Positions 1 through 9,464 of a stretch of DNA of 64,000 nt are shown piece by piece. The notes under the pieces are model-generated. The model ran no database searches. It had not been told where the DNA came from and worked only from the letters and a program-made list of their open reading frames with translations. The stretch comes from Dehalococcoidia bacterium (GTDB lineage: Bacteria > Chloroflexota > Dehalococcoidia > Lucifugimonadales > UBA3495): assembly GCA_965221295.1 (NCBI GenBank), contig OZ244879.1, positions 705,535 to 769,534 of the forward strand, read 5' to 3'. How positions within the stretch are numbered: the stretch's first letter is position 1; each line of letters begins with the position of its first letter. The translations under genes and the position numbers were made by a program.

Positions 1-1070
1 ATGAACCCGAGCACCAGGGTGATCCCAACCGCCGTTTGCCAGTCGCCCAACCAGAGCAACAGGTACCCGAACCCCTCCACGGTGAGGCTGATGAACATGA
101 TGGCCTTCTTGGATACCCGGTCTCCCATGTATCCCATCGCCAAGCGGGACACGAAGTTGATGAAGGACATCACGCCGATCAGGTTCGCCGCCATCTGGGC
201 GCTCATGCCCTTGTCGTCAACCAGGATGGGGAACAGGCTGACCAGGATGCCCAGTGTCGCCGTCTGCCGCAGGCCGGCCCCCACCAGCAGGAGCCAATAC
301 GCCTGGGTTCTCAGAGCCTCGCGTACGGAGTAATCCCGAGTCTCCCGTTGGGCCGGCGCGCCCCGGGCGCCGCTTCTGGAGACCGCCGGTCGGGTTGCGC
401 CGTCGGGTAGTAGGCCCATGTCCTCGGGCTTGTTGCGAAACCAGATGCACAGAGGCAGCAGGATCACCAGATAGAATGATCCCGAGACTATCAGACCCCA
501 CCGCAAGCCGGACTTGTCGATCAGCAGGTTCATGGTGGGGATCAACGCCAACCCGCCCAGGGACGACACGGCGGCCAGGATGGAGATCGCCAGAGAGCGC
601 CGTCGTTGGAACCACTGATTGAGGCCGGCGAAGCAAGCGTGCTGAAAGGCCATGCTGTTGCCCAGCGACACCAGGCCCAGGTAGATTAGCGCGAAACCCC
701 AGAATCCGGGCAGCCAGAAGGCCATGACGCCGTAGCCGGCTACGGCGATGAGCAACGAAGGGACCAGAACCTTGCGGTTGCCGAATTTATCGATCAGCCA
801 GCCGGCGACAGGTCCTTCCAGCCCACCCTCGGCGCGGGCGATGGAAAACACCAGGTTGGTTTGGGCTTGCGTTATCCCCAACTGGTCTCGGATGGGGATG
901 ACCAGGACGCCAAAGCCGCGAAAGAAAATGCCGCTGGCGAAGAAGGACATCACCGAGGTGATGGCAACCATCCACCAACCGTAGTAGATGCCGCTGCCGG
1001 AGCTTTGTCCTCGGCGTGGCTCAGTCGGGTGAGCTGTAGCGCGAGCTGACGAATGATCGGATGTTGCCAC
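1..1070 (-). CDS. MFS transporter (3' end runs off window)
   Basis: Manual minus-strand translation from GTG at 1070: VATSDHSS...GIYYGWWMVAITSVMSFFASGIFFRGFGVLVIPI...; typical MFS N-terminus (YYGW) and GWLIDKFG loop motif; absent from ORF track because it has no stop in the window. Confidence 0.85.
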   Translation of the reverse strand, partial: MATSDHSSARATAHPTEPRRGQSSGSGIYYGWWMVAITSVMSFFASGIFFRGFGVLVIPIRDQLGITQAQTNLVFSIARAEGGLEGPVAGWLIDKFGNRKVLVPSLLIAVAGYGVMAFWLPGFWGFALIYLGLVSLGNSMAFQHACFAGLNQWFQRRRSLAISILAAVSSLGGLALIPTMNLLIDKSGLRWGLIVSGSFYLVILLPLCIWFRNKPEDMGLLPDGATRPAVSRSGARGAPAQRETRDYSVREALRTQAYWLLLVGAGLRQTATLGILVSLFPILVDDKGMSAQMAANLIGVMSFINFVSRLAMGYMGDRVSKKAIMFISLTVEGFGYLLLWLGDWQTAVGITLVLGF

Positions 1071-1212
1071 TGGACGCAATCTGCCGGAGCGCCAAAAGTT
1101 TGACCCGGCCAGTCAATTCGCCCTGGGCGAACCGGCCGGGTCAACGCGCGATGTCAGGCAGTGTAACGGCTGGCGGCGGCGCGGGCAAATGGCGACAGCG
1201 CTCATCGTCGCG

Positions 1213-1437
1213 AGGAACTACCACGCCGGGAACTGCCAGACCGGGAATTGTTGCGCTGGGAATTACTACGCTGGGATCTACTACGCCGGGGATTACCGGA
1301 CCGCGAACTACCATGCCCGAGGACTACCGGGCCGGGAATTACCACGCCGGGAATAGCCACGCCGGGAATTGCCACGCCGGGAACTACCATGCCAAGGAAC
1401 TACCGGGCCGGGAATCGCCACGCTGGGAACGGCCACG
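1213..1437. repeat. Degenerate 15-bp tandem repeat, about 14 units, consensus GCCGGGAAYTACCAC
   Basis: Visible units such as gccgggaattaccac, gccgggaatagccac, gccgggaattgccac, gccgggaactaccat. Confidence 0.85.
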
Positions 1438-1458
1438 CGCGCCAACGAGAGCGCCAAA

Positions 1459-1488
1459 TTGACAGATTCGCGGCTGCGATGCTATATT
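1459..1488 (+). promoter_or_regulatory. Sigma70-type promoter upstream of korAB
   Basis: TTGACA (1459-1464), 18-bp spacer, TGc-TATATT extended -10 (1483-1488). Confidence 0.6.
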
Positions 1489-1734
1489 CCCTGCGCTGAA
1501 CACTACGGCGCAATCGCGCGCGCCATTGGAAGATGACGCGGGCCGGTATCGAACGCAGCCCAACCGGGCGCTTTCTTTATCATTGTCAATAATTGGAAAT
1601 CCCTAGCGGCAACACCTCCCATCCAGCACCCGGGACGGTGTTAATTTGTGTGCGAGACCGATAACGCTCTGGCTTGCGATCATCCGAATCGCCAGCCGTT
1701 CAGCAGACCATAGCCGGTTCGGAGGAACCTCCAG

Positions 1735-3444
1735 ATGCAAATGAACGACTTTGTCGTCCGGTTCGCTGGCGAGGGCGGACAGGGCGTCGTTACCTCAGCC
1801 GAAGGTCTGGCCCAGGCTTCTACTCAAGTCGGCTACCACGCCCTGACTTATGCCACGTTCCCCTCCCAGATCCTTGGTGGCCCTACGTGGACTCAGGCCC
1901 GCATCCGCACCGAACCGGTCCTCAGTTCCGGCGACGAGGTGGACGTGCTGGTCGCTTTCAACGAAGAGGCCTACGAAACCCACGCCGAGGAAGTCCGCGA
2001 GGGCGGGGTCATCATCTACAACTCCGACGACTTCACCATGACGGACCCAAGGTCGTTCGGACTCGCCATCGATTCGCTGGCGCGCTCCACGGGCAATAAC
2101 CGCGCCGCCAACATGGTCGTCATTGGCGCGTTGGCACAACTGGTCCACATGCCCCAGGAGTATCTGGAAGACTTCGTGGAATCCCGGTTCCGCCGTGGGC
2201 GCGATAACGACGACGAGATTATTTCATCCAACATTCAGGCGATGCGCCTGGGCCGGCAGCACGCCGCCGAAAGCGGTTTCGTACTGGGCGACCTGGCCCC
2301 TCCAAATCCACCCGATTACAAGCAGATGATGCTCAAGGGCAATGAGGCCATCGCGCTGGGCGCCACCCACGCCGGCTTGGGGTTCTACGCCGGATATCCC
2401 ATTTCGCCCGCCACCACCATCCTGCTATGGATGGAACGGAACTTGGTGGGAGACGACAAGTTCGCCTACCAGGTATCCTCCGAAATCGAGGCGATTACCG
2501 CCATTCTTGGCGCTGGTTTCGCCGGCAAGAAGTCCATGACTGCCACCGCCGGACCCGGCATCTCGCTGATGAGCGAAGGCCTCGGCCTGGCCTGGATGGC
2601 TGAAATCCCCCTGGTCGTGGTGGACGTGCAGCGCGGAGGCCCCGCCACTGGTCTGCCCACCAAGACCGAGCAATCCGACCTCATGGGCTGCATGTACCCG
2701 GCTCATGGTGATGTCCGAATGCCCATCATCGCTCCCGGCTCTGTTGAGGAATGCCTCTACGCCGCGGCGCAGGCCGTCAACTGGGCGGAACGCTACCAGG
2801 GACCCGTAATCCTGATGAGCGAAATGTCCATGGCAGAGCGGGTGCAGAACATACCGCGCCCCGACCTCGCCAAGATTCCGGTCGAGGAGCGGCTCACCTA
2901 CGAAGGCAGCAACGGGTATCATCGCTACTCCGGCCACGAACTGTCCCCCATGCCCCTGCCGGGCGGGCCCGGTGCCTATGTCGCCAACGGCAGCGAACAT
3001 GACGAGATGGGCGACACCACTCACCTGCCCAGCCGGCACATCCAGATGACCGAACGGCGGTTCGGCAAGCTCAAGCTCCTGGAAGAGGACAACTACGAAA
3101 GCGACAACACCGAGGCCAAAGTCGCCATCATGACTTGGGGCGGCTCCAAAGGGCCGGCGCGGGAAGCTTACGACCAACTGCGTGAAACGGGAGTTGACGT
3201 TGGCTGGTACTTCACCATGTTCCTGAACCCGCTGCCGCCACGGCTGCTGGAAGAACTACGCAGCAAGGAGCTGGTGATCGTGCCGGAACTGAACTACCAG
3301 GGACAATGGGCCAGCATCCTGCGCTCCGAAGGCGTCAAGGCGCAGCCCATTACCCAGTACACCGGCCTGCCCTTCAAGGTCAGCGGCCTGGTATCCCGAG
3401 TTACGGAAATTGTGTCAGAGCATACGGAGGCTGCGCGGGTATGA
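1735..3444 (+). CDS. korA: 2-oxoacid:acceptor oxidoreductase alpha subunit (fused gamma domain)
   Basis: GEGGQG N-terminal motif, YAGYPISPAT, ATAGPGISLMSE, DVQRGGPATGLPTKTEQSD; substrate specificity not determinable. Confidence 0.9.
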   Translation: MQMNDFVVRFAGEGGQGVVTSAEGLAQASTQVGYHALTYATFPSQILGGPTWTQARIRTEPVLSSGDEVDVLVAFNEEAYETHAEEVREGGVIIYNSDDFTMTDPRSFGLAIDSLARSTGNNRAANMVVIGALAQLVHMPQEYLEDFVESRFRRGRDNDDEIISSNIQAMRLGRQHAAESGFVLGDLAPPNPPDYKQMMLKGNEAIALGATHAGLGFYAGYPISPATTILLWMERNLVGDDKFAYQVSSEIEAITAILGAGFAGKKSMTATAGPGISLMSEGLGLAWMAEIPLVVVDVQRGGPATGLPTKTEQSDLMGCMYPAHGDVRMPIIAPGSVEECLYAAAQAVNWAERYQGPVILMSEMSMAERVQNIPRPDLAKIPVEERLTYEGSNGYHRYSGHELSPMPLPGGPGAYVANGSEHDEMGDTTHLPSRHIQMTERRFGKLKLLEEDNYESDNTEAKVAIMTWGGSKGPAREAYDQLRETGVDVGWYFTMFLNPLPPRLLEELRSKELVIVPELNYQGQWASILRSEGVKAQPITQYTGLPFKVSGLVSRVTEIVSEHTEAARV

Positions 3445-4307
3445 GCAAAAAGAACCCAGAATACGACTTCAAGTGGTGCCCCGGCTGCGGCGACTTCGGC
3501 GTTCGACGCGCCCTGGAATTCGCCATGATCAACCGGCTCGAGGATACCGGCCTGCCCATTGAGAATAACGTAGTGGTGGCCGGCATCGGTTGCAGCGGCA
3601 ACTTGGTCCACCTGCTGGAGGGCGAACAGCCCTACGGCATACATGGCATCCACGGGCGGACCCTGCCCGTCGCCATGGGCATCAAGATGGCGCGTCCCGA
3701 ATTGAACGTGATCGTGGTCGCCGGGGATGGCGACTTCCTCAGCATCGGCGGCGAGCACATCGCGCCCCAGGCGGCCCGCAACGTCAACCTCACCGCGGTG
3801 GTCATGGACAATGGCGTCTATGGCCTCACCAAAGGCCAGAGTTCGCCCACCACCGAGATGGGAGCCGTAACCAGCAGCACCCCCTTCGGCAAAATCGAAG
3901 CGGACCTGGACCCGCTGGAGCTGTACCTCACGCTGGGGGTTTCATTCATCGCGTCCGGCTTCTCGGGGCAGCCCCGCGTGCTGGCCAGCCTGATCAACGA
4001 GGGCATGAACCACCAGGGCATGTCTATGATCCACGTGCAGTCGCCCTGCGTGACGTACAACGACACTTACCAGCTGATCAAGGGCAATCCACGCGAGGGC
4101 ATCGCTCCCGCGCTGTGGGACATCCCCGAAGATCACGATCCCAGCGACAAACAGGCCGCCCGGGAACTGGTGCAGCAGGGCGGGCTTCCCGTAGGCATCA
4201 TCTACCGGGACGAGCAACGCCAGTCCCTGGACGCCAACATGAGCATCATCAGGTCGAAGGCCCGCCAACGCTCCGTCGAACAGCTCATGGACGCCTACAC
4301 CTTTTAG
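3441..4307 (+). CDS. korB: 2-oxoacid:ferredoxin oxidoreductase beta subunit
   Basis: WCPGCG, GIGCSG, TPP-binding GDGD...DNGVYGLTKGQ; ATGA overlap with the alpha subunit stop. Confidence 0.9.
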   Translation: MSKKNPEYDFKWCPGCGDFGVRRALEFAMINRLEDTGLPIENNVVVAGIGCSGNLVHLLEGEQPYGIHGIHGRTLPVAMGIKMARPELNVIVVAGDGDFLSIGGEHIAPQAARNVNLTAVVMDNGVYGLTKGQSSPTTEMGAVTSSTPFGKIEADLDPLELYLTLGVSFIASGFSGQPRVLASLINEGMNHQGMSMIHVQSPCVTYNDTYQLIKGNPREGIAPALWDIPEDHDPSDKQAARELVQQGGLPVGIIYRDEQRQSLDANMSIIRSKARQRSVEQLMDAYTF

Positions 4308-4717
4308 CTTCGTGAAACCCAAGCGACCGGCGCCAACGTGAGCGAAGGGCCGTTTCCCAAAAGGACAACCCAGCGGGGAACACCCACGGGATGCCCTGCA
4401 CGGCTTTTGGTTTGGGGCAGCGTCGAATTGGAAACTCCTTGGCGGCGAGTCCGTAGCCCATTTGCTGCGCAAACTTCGGCGCCGCGCGATCAGGAACGGT
4501 TTGGGCGGCGCCGTGGATCAAATCGTCGCTGCGATGGCCGCCGAGTTGAACCAGCCGGCGCTGCAGTTGGCCAGCGCATGGATTGAGTGCGCCACGTTGG
4601 GCTCGCCATGGCGGTTTGCGGACACCGGGCGCTCGCCAGCGCGACCCCGCGTGGCGAAGGAACCGTCGCGATGCTAGAATTGTCAAACGCAGCCATCTGG
4701 GTCGGGAGAGCATTGCC

Positions 4718-5305
4718 ATGAGCTCGTCATCGTCAGCATCACGTCGCAAGCGGGTCTACACCAAGTACGGGGACCAGGGCGAAACCAGCCTGCTGTACGG
4801 CGGGCGTGTTTCCAAGGCCAGCCCGCATACCGAGGCTTACGGCATCACCGACGAGGCGGTCAGCCTGATGGGGTTGGCCCGCGCCTTGACCGACGACGAC
4901 AAGGTCAAGAACATCCTGCGCGACCTGCAGCGAGAACTATTCACCGTGGCCGCAGAACTGGCCACCGACCCCGAGAAGTACGACCTCTTTCACCAGCATT
5001 TCAAGCCGGTGACCGAAACGATGGTGGACAATCTGGAAACCATAATCGACGAACTGGAGACCCACTTCCAGATGCCCCAAGTGTTCATTCTGCCCGGCGG
5101 CACGCCATCATCGTCGGCCATGGATTCCGCCCGAACCGTGATCCGTACCGCCGAACGGCGGGTGGTGGCGCTGTCGGAGGGTGGCGGCCTGACCAACCCG
5201 CTAATCCTGGCGTACCTGAACCGGCTGGGCGACCTGCTGTTCGTGCTGGCCCGCTACCACGACCGGGATATCCCCATCGAGCGGGCTACCGGCGACCGGG
5301 TTTGA
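4718..5305 (+). CDS. pduO: PduO-type cob(I)alamin adenosyltransferase
   Basis: VYTKYGDQGETSL, FILPGG, RTVIRTAERR, YLNRLGDLLFVLAR. Confidence 0.9.
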   Translation: MSSSSSASRRKRVYTKYGDQGETSLLYGGRVSKASPHTEAYGITDEAVSLMGLARALTDDDKVKNILRDLQRELFTVAAELATDPEKYDLFHQHFKPVTETMVDNLETIIDELETHFQMPQVFILPGGTPSSSAMDSARTVIRTAERRVVALSEGGGLTNPLILAYLNRLGDLLFVLARYHDRDIPIERATGDRV

Positions 5306-5312
5306 TCCTCGT

Positions 5313-6053
5313 ATGCCGGCCTGCGGAAACACCGCCGCTGGAACTCCGGCCAACGGAACTCTGACCAACGGAACTCTGACCAACGGAACTTTGACCAACA
5401 AAACCCCAGTCATCGGAGACCCAACTATCGTCGTCATCGACTACGAATCTGGGAACCTGCGCAGCGTCGCTCGGGCCGTGGAGAAGGCCGGCGTAACGCC
5501 CAGGGTGACCTCCGATCCGGCGGCGCTGGGTTCCGCCGATGGTGTGATCCTGCCGGGCGTGGGTTCCGGGCCAGCCGCCATGGCGGCGCTGCGATCGCGC
5601 CAGCTGACCCGTCCGCTGCTGGGATACATCGCCCGCGGACGCCCGTTTCTGGGGGTATGCCTGGGTCTGCAACTGCTGCTGGATGCCACCGACGAGGGCG
5701 GCGCGGATGGCGGCGGCGCCGAGTGCCTGGGTTTGGTGAATGGACGGGTTCGGCGGCTGCCCGATGGACTCAAGGTGCCCCACATGGGTTGGAACACCGT
5801 CCACTTTCAACGCGCGCATCCCCTCTGGGAGGGCATTCCGCAGGATAGCCATTTCTACTTCGTGCACAGCTACTACGCCGACCCGTTGGAGCGGGCCAGC
5901 GTGGCTGGCGTCACCGAGTACGGCGTTCCCTTTTGCAGCGTCTACGCCCGGGACAACGTGGTCGCGACCCAGTTCCACCCGGAGAAGAGCGGAGCCAACG
6001 GACTGCGCATCTACGCCAACTTCGTGAAGCAGGCGGCCGCCGCCGTCCGTTGA
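5313..6053 (+). CDS. hisH: Imidazole glycerol phosphate synthase glutaminase subunit
   Basis: IDYESGNLRSV, LPGVG, GVCLGLQ, PHMGWN, FYFVHSY, QFHPEKS; N-terminus contains a short 15-bp repeat so start is uncertain. Confidence 0.92.
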   Translation: MPACGNTAAGTPANGTLTNGTLTNGTLTNKTPVIGDPTIVVIDYESGNLRSVARAVEKAGVTPRVTSDPAALGSADGVILPGVGSGPAAMAALRSRQLTRPLLGYIARGRPFLGVCLGLQLLLDATDEGGADGGGAECLGLVNGRVRRLPDGLKVPHMGWNTVHFQRAHPLWEGIPQDSHFYFVHSYYADPLERASVAGVTEYGVPFCSVYARDNVVATQFHPEKSGANGLRIYANFVKQAAAAVR

Positions 6054-6254
6054 ACTGACCGCCGCTCGCTGACCCGACCGATCATCACGGCCGCGGCGTG
6101 GTGGGCAGCGCGGTTCAGGATCGCCGCCGCCCGGCCCGCCTGAGGACGCCCCCGGAGCCGTTTCCTGGTCTCATTCCCCAGACTAATTCCCCGGAGTCAT
6201 GCGGGGAACCGAGCAATCATGCGAGGGACCGAACCATACGCTGGAGCAACGCCA

Positions 6255-6971
6255 ATGGACATCATACCGGCCATCGACCTGCGGGGCGGCAACTGCGTCC
6301 GCCTGTACCAGGGCGACTACGAGCGAGAGACGGTGTTCTCCGACGACCCGCTGGGCGTGGCGGAGCGCTGGCAGGCCGAGGGCGGCCAGCGCCTGCACGT
6401 CGTTGACCTGGACGGCGCTCACACCGGCAATCCGGCCAACCTGGCGGCCATCACCGCCATCACCGGCCGGCTGACCATCCCGGTGCAGGTGGGCGGCGGC
6501 ATCCGCAGCGTGGATACGGCGTCTGGCCTCTTCGACGCTGGAGCCGACCGCGTGGTGGTGGGCACCGCCGCCGTGTCCAATCCCGACCTGGTTGAGGAGC
6601 TGTGTAGCCGCTTCGGGGCCGAACGAGTGGTGGTGGCGCTGGACGCCCGGGACGGCCTGGTGGCCATCCGAGGCTGGACGGAGATTTCGCAAATCACCGC
6701 GACCGAGTTGGCCCGTCGCATGGCCGACCTGGGCGTGGTCCGCCTGCTCTACACCGACATCTCCCGGGACGGCACGCTGGAGGAGCCGAACTACGCGGCC
6801 ACGGCGGCTTTGGTCCGCGACAGCGGGCTGGCTGTCCTTTCCGCCGGCGGCGTCGGCGCGGCCGAGCACGTGGCGAAGCTGGTACCCACCGGCGCCGAAG
6901 CGGCCATCATAGGCCGCGCCCTATACACCGGAGACATCACAATAGGCGGAGCGCTAGCAGCGGCGGGGTAG
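6255..6971 (+). CDS. hisA: ProFAR isomerase
   Basis: IIPAIDLRGGNCVRLYQG, LHVVDLDGA, QVGGGIRS, TDISRDGTL. Confidence 0.93.
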   Translation: MDIIPAIDLRGGNCVRLYQGDYERETVFSDDPLGVAERWQAEGGQRLHVVDLDGAHTGNPANLAAITAITGRLTIPVQVGGGIRSVDTASGLFDAGADRVVVGTAAVSNPDLVEELCSRFGAERVVVALDARDGLVAIRGWTEISQITATELARRMADLGVVRLLYTDISRDGTLEEPNYAATAALVRDSGLAVLSAGGVGAAEHVAKLVPTGAEAAIIGRALYTGDITIGGALAAAG

Positions 6972-7012
6972 CGGGGCGCCGGGCCTGCGACCGCAGCGGT
7001 TGGTTAAATCGG

Positions 7013-7915
7013 CTAGTTTGAATCACCAACGCGCATTTCCCGCCACCGCGCCGCGTGTAAGGTCTCGCGCAGTTCTGCTCGAATTACTGACACCGGCTTG
7101 CGCGGATCCTTCGTTCGCAGCAAAATGTCATCAACAGACCAACGATGGCACACTCCATGTCTGGTTCGGTAAATGGCCAACGAGGTAATTTCCCGTTTGT
7201 CTTCGTAATCCAACAGATAATACCCTAATACCTGCCGGATATCGTTACTATTGATGGGCTTTTTGCCAGATTTTAGCTCGATTAAGCAGCCATCTACCAT
7301 CAAGTCAGCGTCCGCACCTCCTACGTCGCTACTACCCTCGAATGTTGGGTTCAACACGGCAGGCCGATCGAGAAAATTCGACATAGCCTCACGATACAAC
7401 GCGTTTTGCGCCGCTATGTCGTCAATCAGCGACTGACGCGGTTTGTTGATGAGTTCGTGTACGTCCTGTGGTGACCATTCGAGATCTTTGTGTATCTTGT
7501 GGGTGCGGATCATAACGTCAAGCAATGCCATGGTGTAGCAAAAGCGGCACAGCTTGTCTTCATCATCGCGTTCCAGTTCACCCCGTTCGGGGCGTATCCG
7601 AGCCTGGAACTCTGCCAATTCATCAAAAAAGTCTGGCAGTATCTCCCGCAATTCCCCCCGCACCCAGAAAGCGGCGGCCCTGGCTACGGTCTGTTTGACA
7701 TCCATTTCGGCGTAGTTGAACCTGATGCGGTAATCGACCGCTTGCCCGACGCTCCCGAGCTCGTATGATTCGGCGCCATCCGGTGAAGAAATCATGCTCG
7801 ATTGTTTTGTCTCAACGTTCGCCAATACTGTCATGTCCCTGGTGTGGGGGAACTGATCCCGTAGGAATAAACTAATCGGGCTTTCCTTATTTTCTAGTTG
7901 CGAGGTCAACGACAT
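7013..7915 (-). CDS. Hypothetical protein with PD-(D/E)XK nuclease-like C-terminal motif
   Basis: Start MSLTSQL with AGGAGG RBS; motif GGADADLMVDGCLIELKS...QVLGY; visibly more AT-rich than flanks. Confidence 0.7.
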   Translation of the reverse strand: MSLTSQLENKESPISLFLRDQFPHTRDMTVLANVETKQSSMISSPDGAESYELGSVGQAVDYRIRFNYAEMDVKQTVARAAAFWVRGELREILPDFFDELAEFQARIRPERGELERDDEDKLCRFCYTMALLDVMIRTHKIHKDLEWSPQDVHELINKPRQSLIDDIAAQNALYREAMSNFLDRPAVLNPTFEGSSDVGGADADLMVDGCLIELKSGKKPINSNDIRQVLGYYLLDYEDKREITSLAIYRTRHGVCHRWSVDDILLRTKDPRKPVSVIRAELRETLHAARWREMRVGDSN

Positions 7916-8080
7916 CGGGCCCTCCTGTTCGTTCCGTTGCCTGTCTGCGAGACACGCGACCACCATGGCGAGATGGTAGTATCTCCCCCACCCCCCGTCA
8001 ACTTTGCTCACTTTCGCTTGCGGGGTGGGTGTGCTAAATTTACGGGGCTTCATCATCGAACGACTGGAGAATCCCGCCCC

Positions 8081-9394
8081 ATGCTGCCATCCTACCTGTC
8101 CCACGTTTTCCCCGACAGCGCCGATACCAACTCCGCCGGCCACCTGACTCTGGGCGGCTGCGACGCCATCGACCTGGTTGAACAGTACGGCACTCCCCTT
8201 TACGTCCTGGACGAGGCGACCCTGCGGGCCCGTTGCCGGCAGTTCGCCGACGCCTTCGCCCAGCGTTATCCCAACTCCCAGGCCGTCTATGCGTCCAAGG
8301 CGTACATCAACCCGGCGTTGGCGCGGATTTTCGCCGAGGAAGGCCTGGGGCTGGACGTGGTATCGGGCGGCGAGTTGGCGGTGGCCCAGGCCGGCGACGT
8401 TCCGGTGCAACGGGTTTACTTCCACGGCAACAACAAGACGCCAGCCGAGTTGGAAGAAGCCGTGGCCGCCGGCATCGGCCGGGTGGTGGTGGACAGCTTC
8501 CACGAGTTGGAACTGCTGGAACGCATTTGCGCCGATTCGGGCCGGACTCAGGACATCCTGGTGCGCGTGTCGCCGGGGATCGACCCGCACACCCACGCCT
8601 ACACCACCACGGGCGTCATCGACTCCAAGTTCGGCTTCTCCATTCAGACCGGAGACGCGGAGCGGGCCATCGTGCAAGCCATCGACGCGCCGCACCTGAA
8701 TCTGCGCGGCCTGCACTTCCACCTCGGCTCGCCGATCTTCGAGCTGGAACCCTACCAGGCGGCCACCGACCTGGCGCTGCGATTCGCCGCCGGTCTGCGG
8801 GAACAGGGCCTCGACCTGCAGGAATTCAGTCCCGGCGGCGGGTTCGCCATCGCCTACACCCGGGACGACCGACCGCCGTCCCCCGGCGCCTACGCCGAAG
8901 CCATCGTGGGTACGCTGACGGCGACCTGCTCGGAGTTGGGTTTGGACCAGCCCAGCCTGGTGGTTGAACCGGGCCGGTCCATAATCGGCCCGGCCGGCGT
9001 AGCGTTATACCGGATCGGCGCCATCAAGGACATTCCGGGCATCCGCACCTACGTTAGCGTGGATGGCGGCATGGGCGACAACATCCGGCCAGCGCTGTAC
9101 CAGGCATCCTACGAAGTCCTGTCGGCCAACCGTCCCGGCGACGCCGCGGACACCACGGTCACCATCGCCGGCAAGTACTGCGAATCGGGCGACGTGCTGG
9201 CCTCCGACATCCTGCTGCCCAAACCGGCTCCGGGGGACGTGATCGCCATACCGGCCGCCGGGGCCTACTGCCCGTCCATGGCCAGCAACTACAACCTGAA
9301 CCCGCGCCCCCCCATAGCGCTGGTGCGGGATGGCGAAAGTCGCCTGATTCGCCGCCGCGAGTCATACGCGGACATGATGCTCTGCGATATCTAG
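8081..9394 (+). CDS. lysA: Diaminopimelate decarboxylase
   Basis: YGTPLYV, YASKA (PLP Lys), FHGNNK, SKFG, HFHLGS, EPGRS, GKYCESGD. Confidence 0.93.
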   Translation: MLPSYLSHVFPDSADTNSAGHLTLGGCDAIDLVEQYGTPLYVLDEATLRARCRQFADAFAQRYPNSQAVYASKAYINPALARIFAEEGLGLDVVSGGELAVAQAGDVPVQRVYFHGNNKTPAELEEAVAAGIGRVVVDSFHELELLERICADSGRTQDILVRVSPGIDPHTHAYTTTGVIDSKFGFSIQTGDAERAIVQAIDAPHLNLRGLHFHLGSPIFELEPYQAATDLALRFAAGLREQGLDLQEFSPGGGFAIAYTRDDRPPSPGAYAEAIVGTLTATCSELGLDQPSLVVEPGRSIIGPAGVALYRIGAIKDIPGIRTYVSVDGGMGDNIRPALYQASYEVLSANRPGDAADTTVTIAGKYCESGDVLASDILLPKPAPGDVIAIPAAGAYCPSMASNYNLNPRPPIALVRDGESRLIRRRESYADMMLCDI

Positions 9395-9464
9395 TCAACC
9401 AGGTTCCCTGGCAGCGGCGGCCCAATCCCGGCAAGTTCGCCGCCAACTCGAAGGCAGACAGAGC

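Noticed and set aside
1061-1499. Pentapeptide-repeat-like ORFs
   Set aside because: Repeat phase shifts between frames; product of a non-coding 15-bp minisatellite
7916-8722. N-terminal 270 aa of the 569-aa ORF 7013..8722
   Set aside because: Antisense shadow of lysA; the real start with RBS is at 7915
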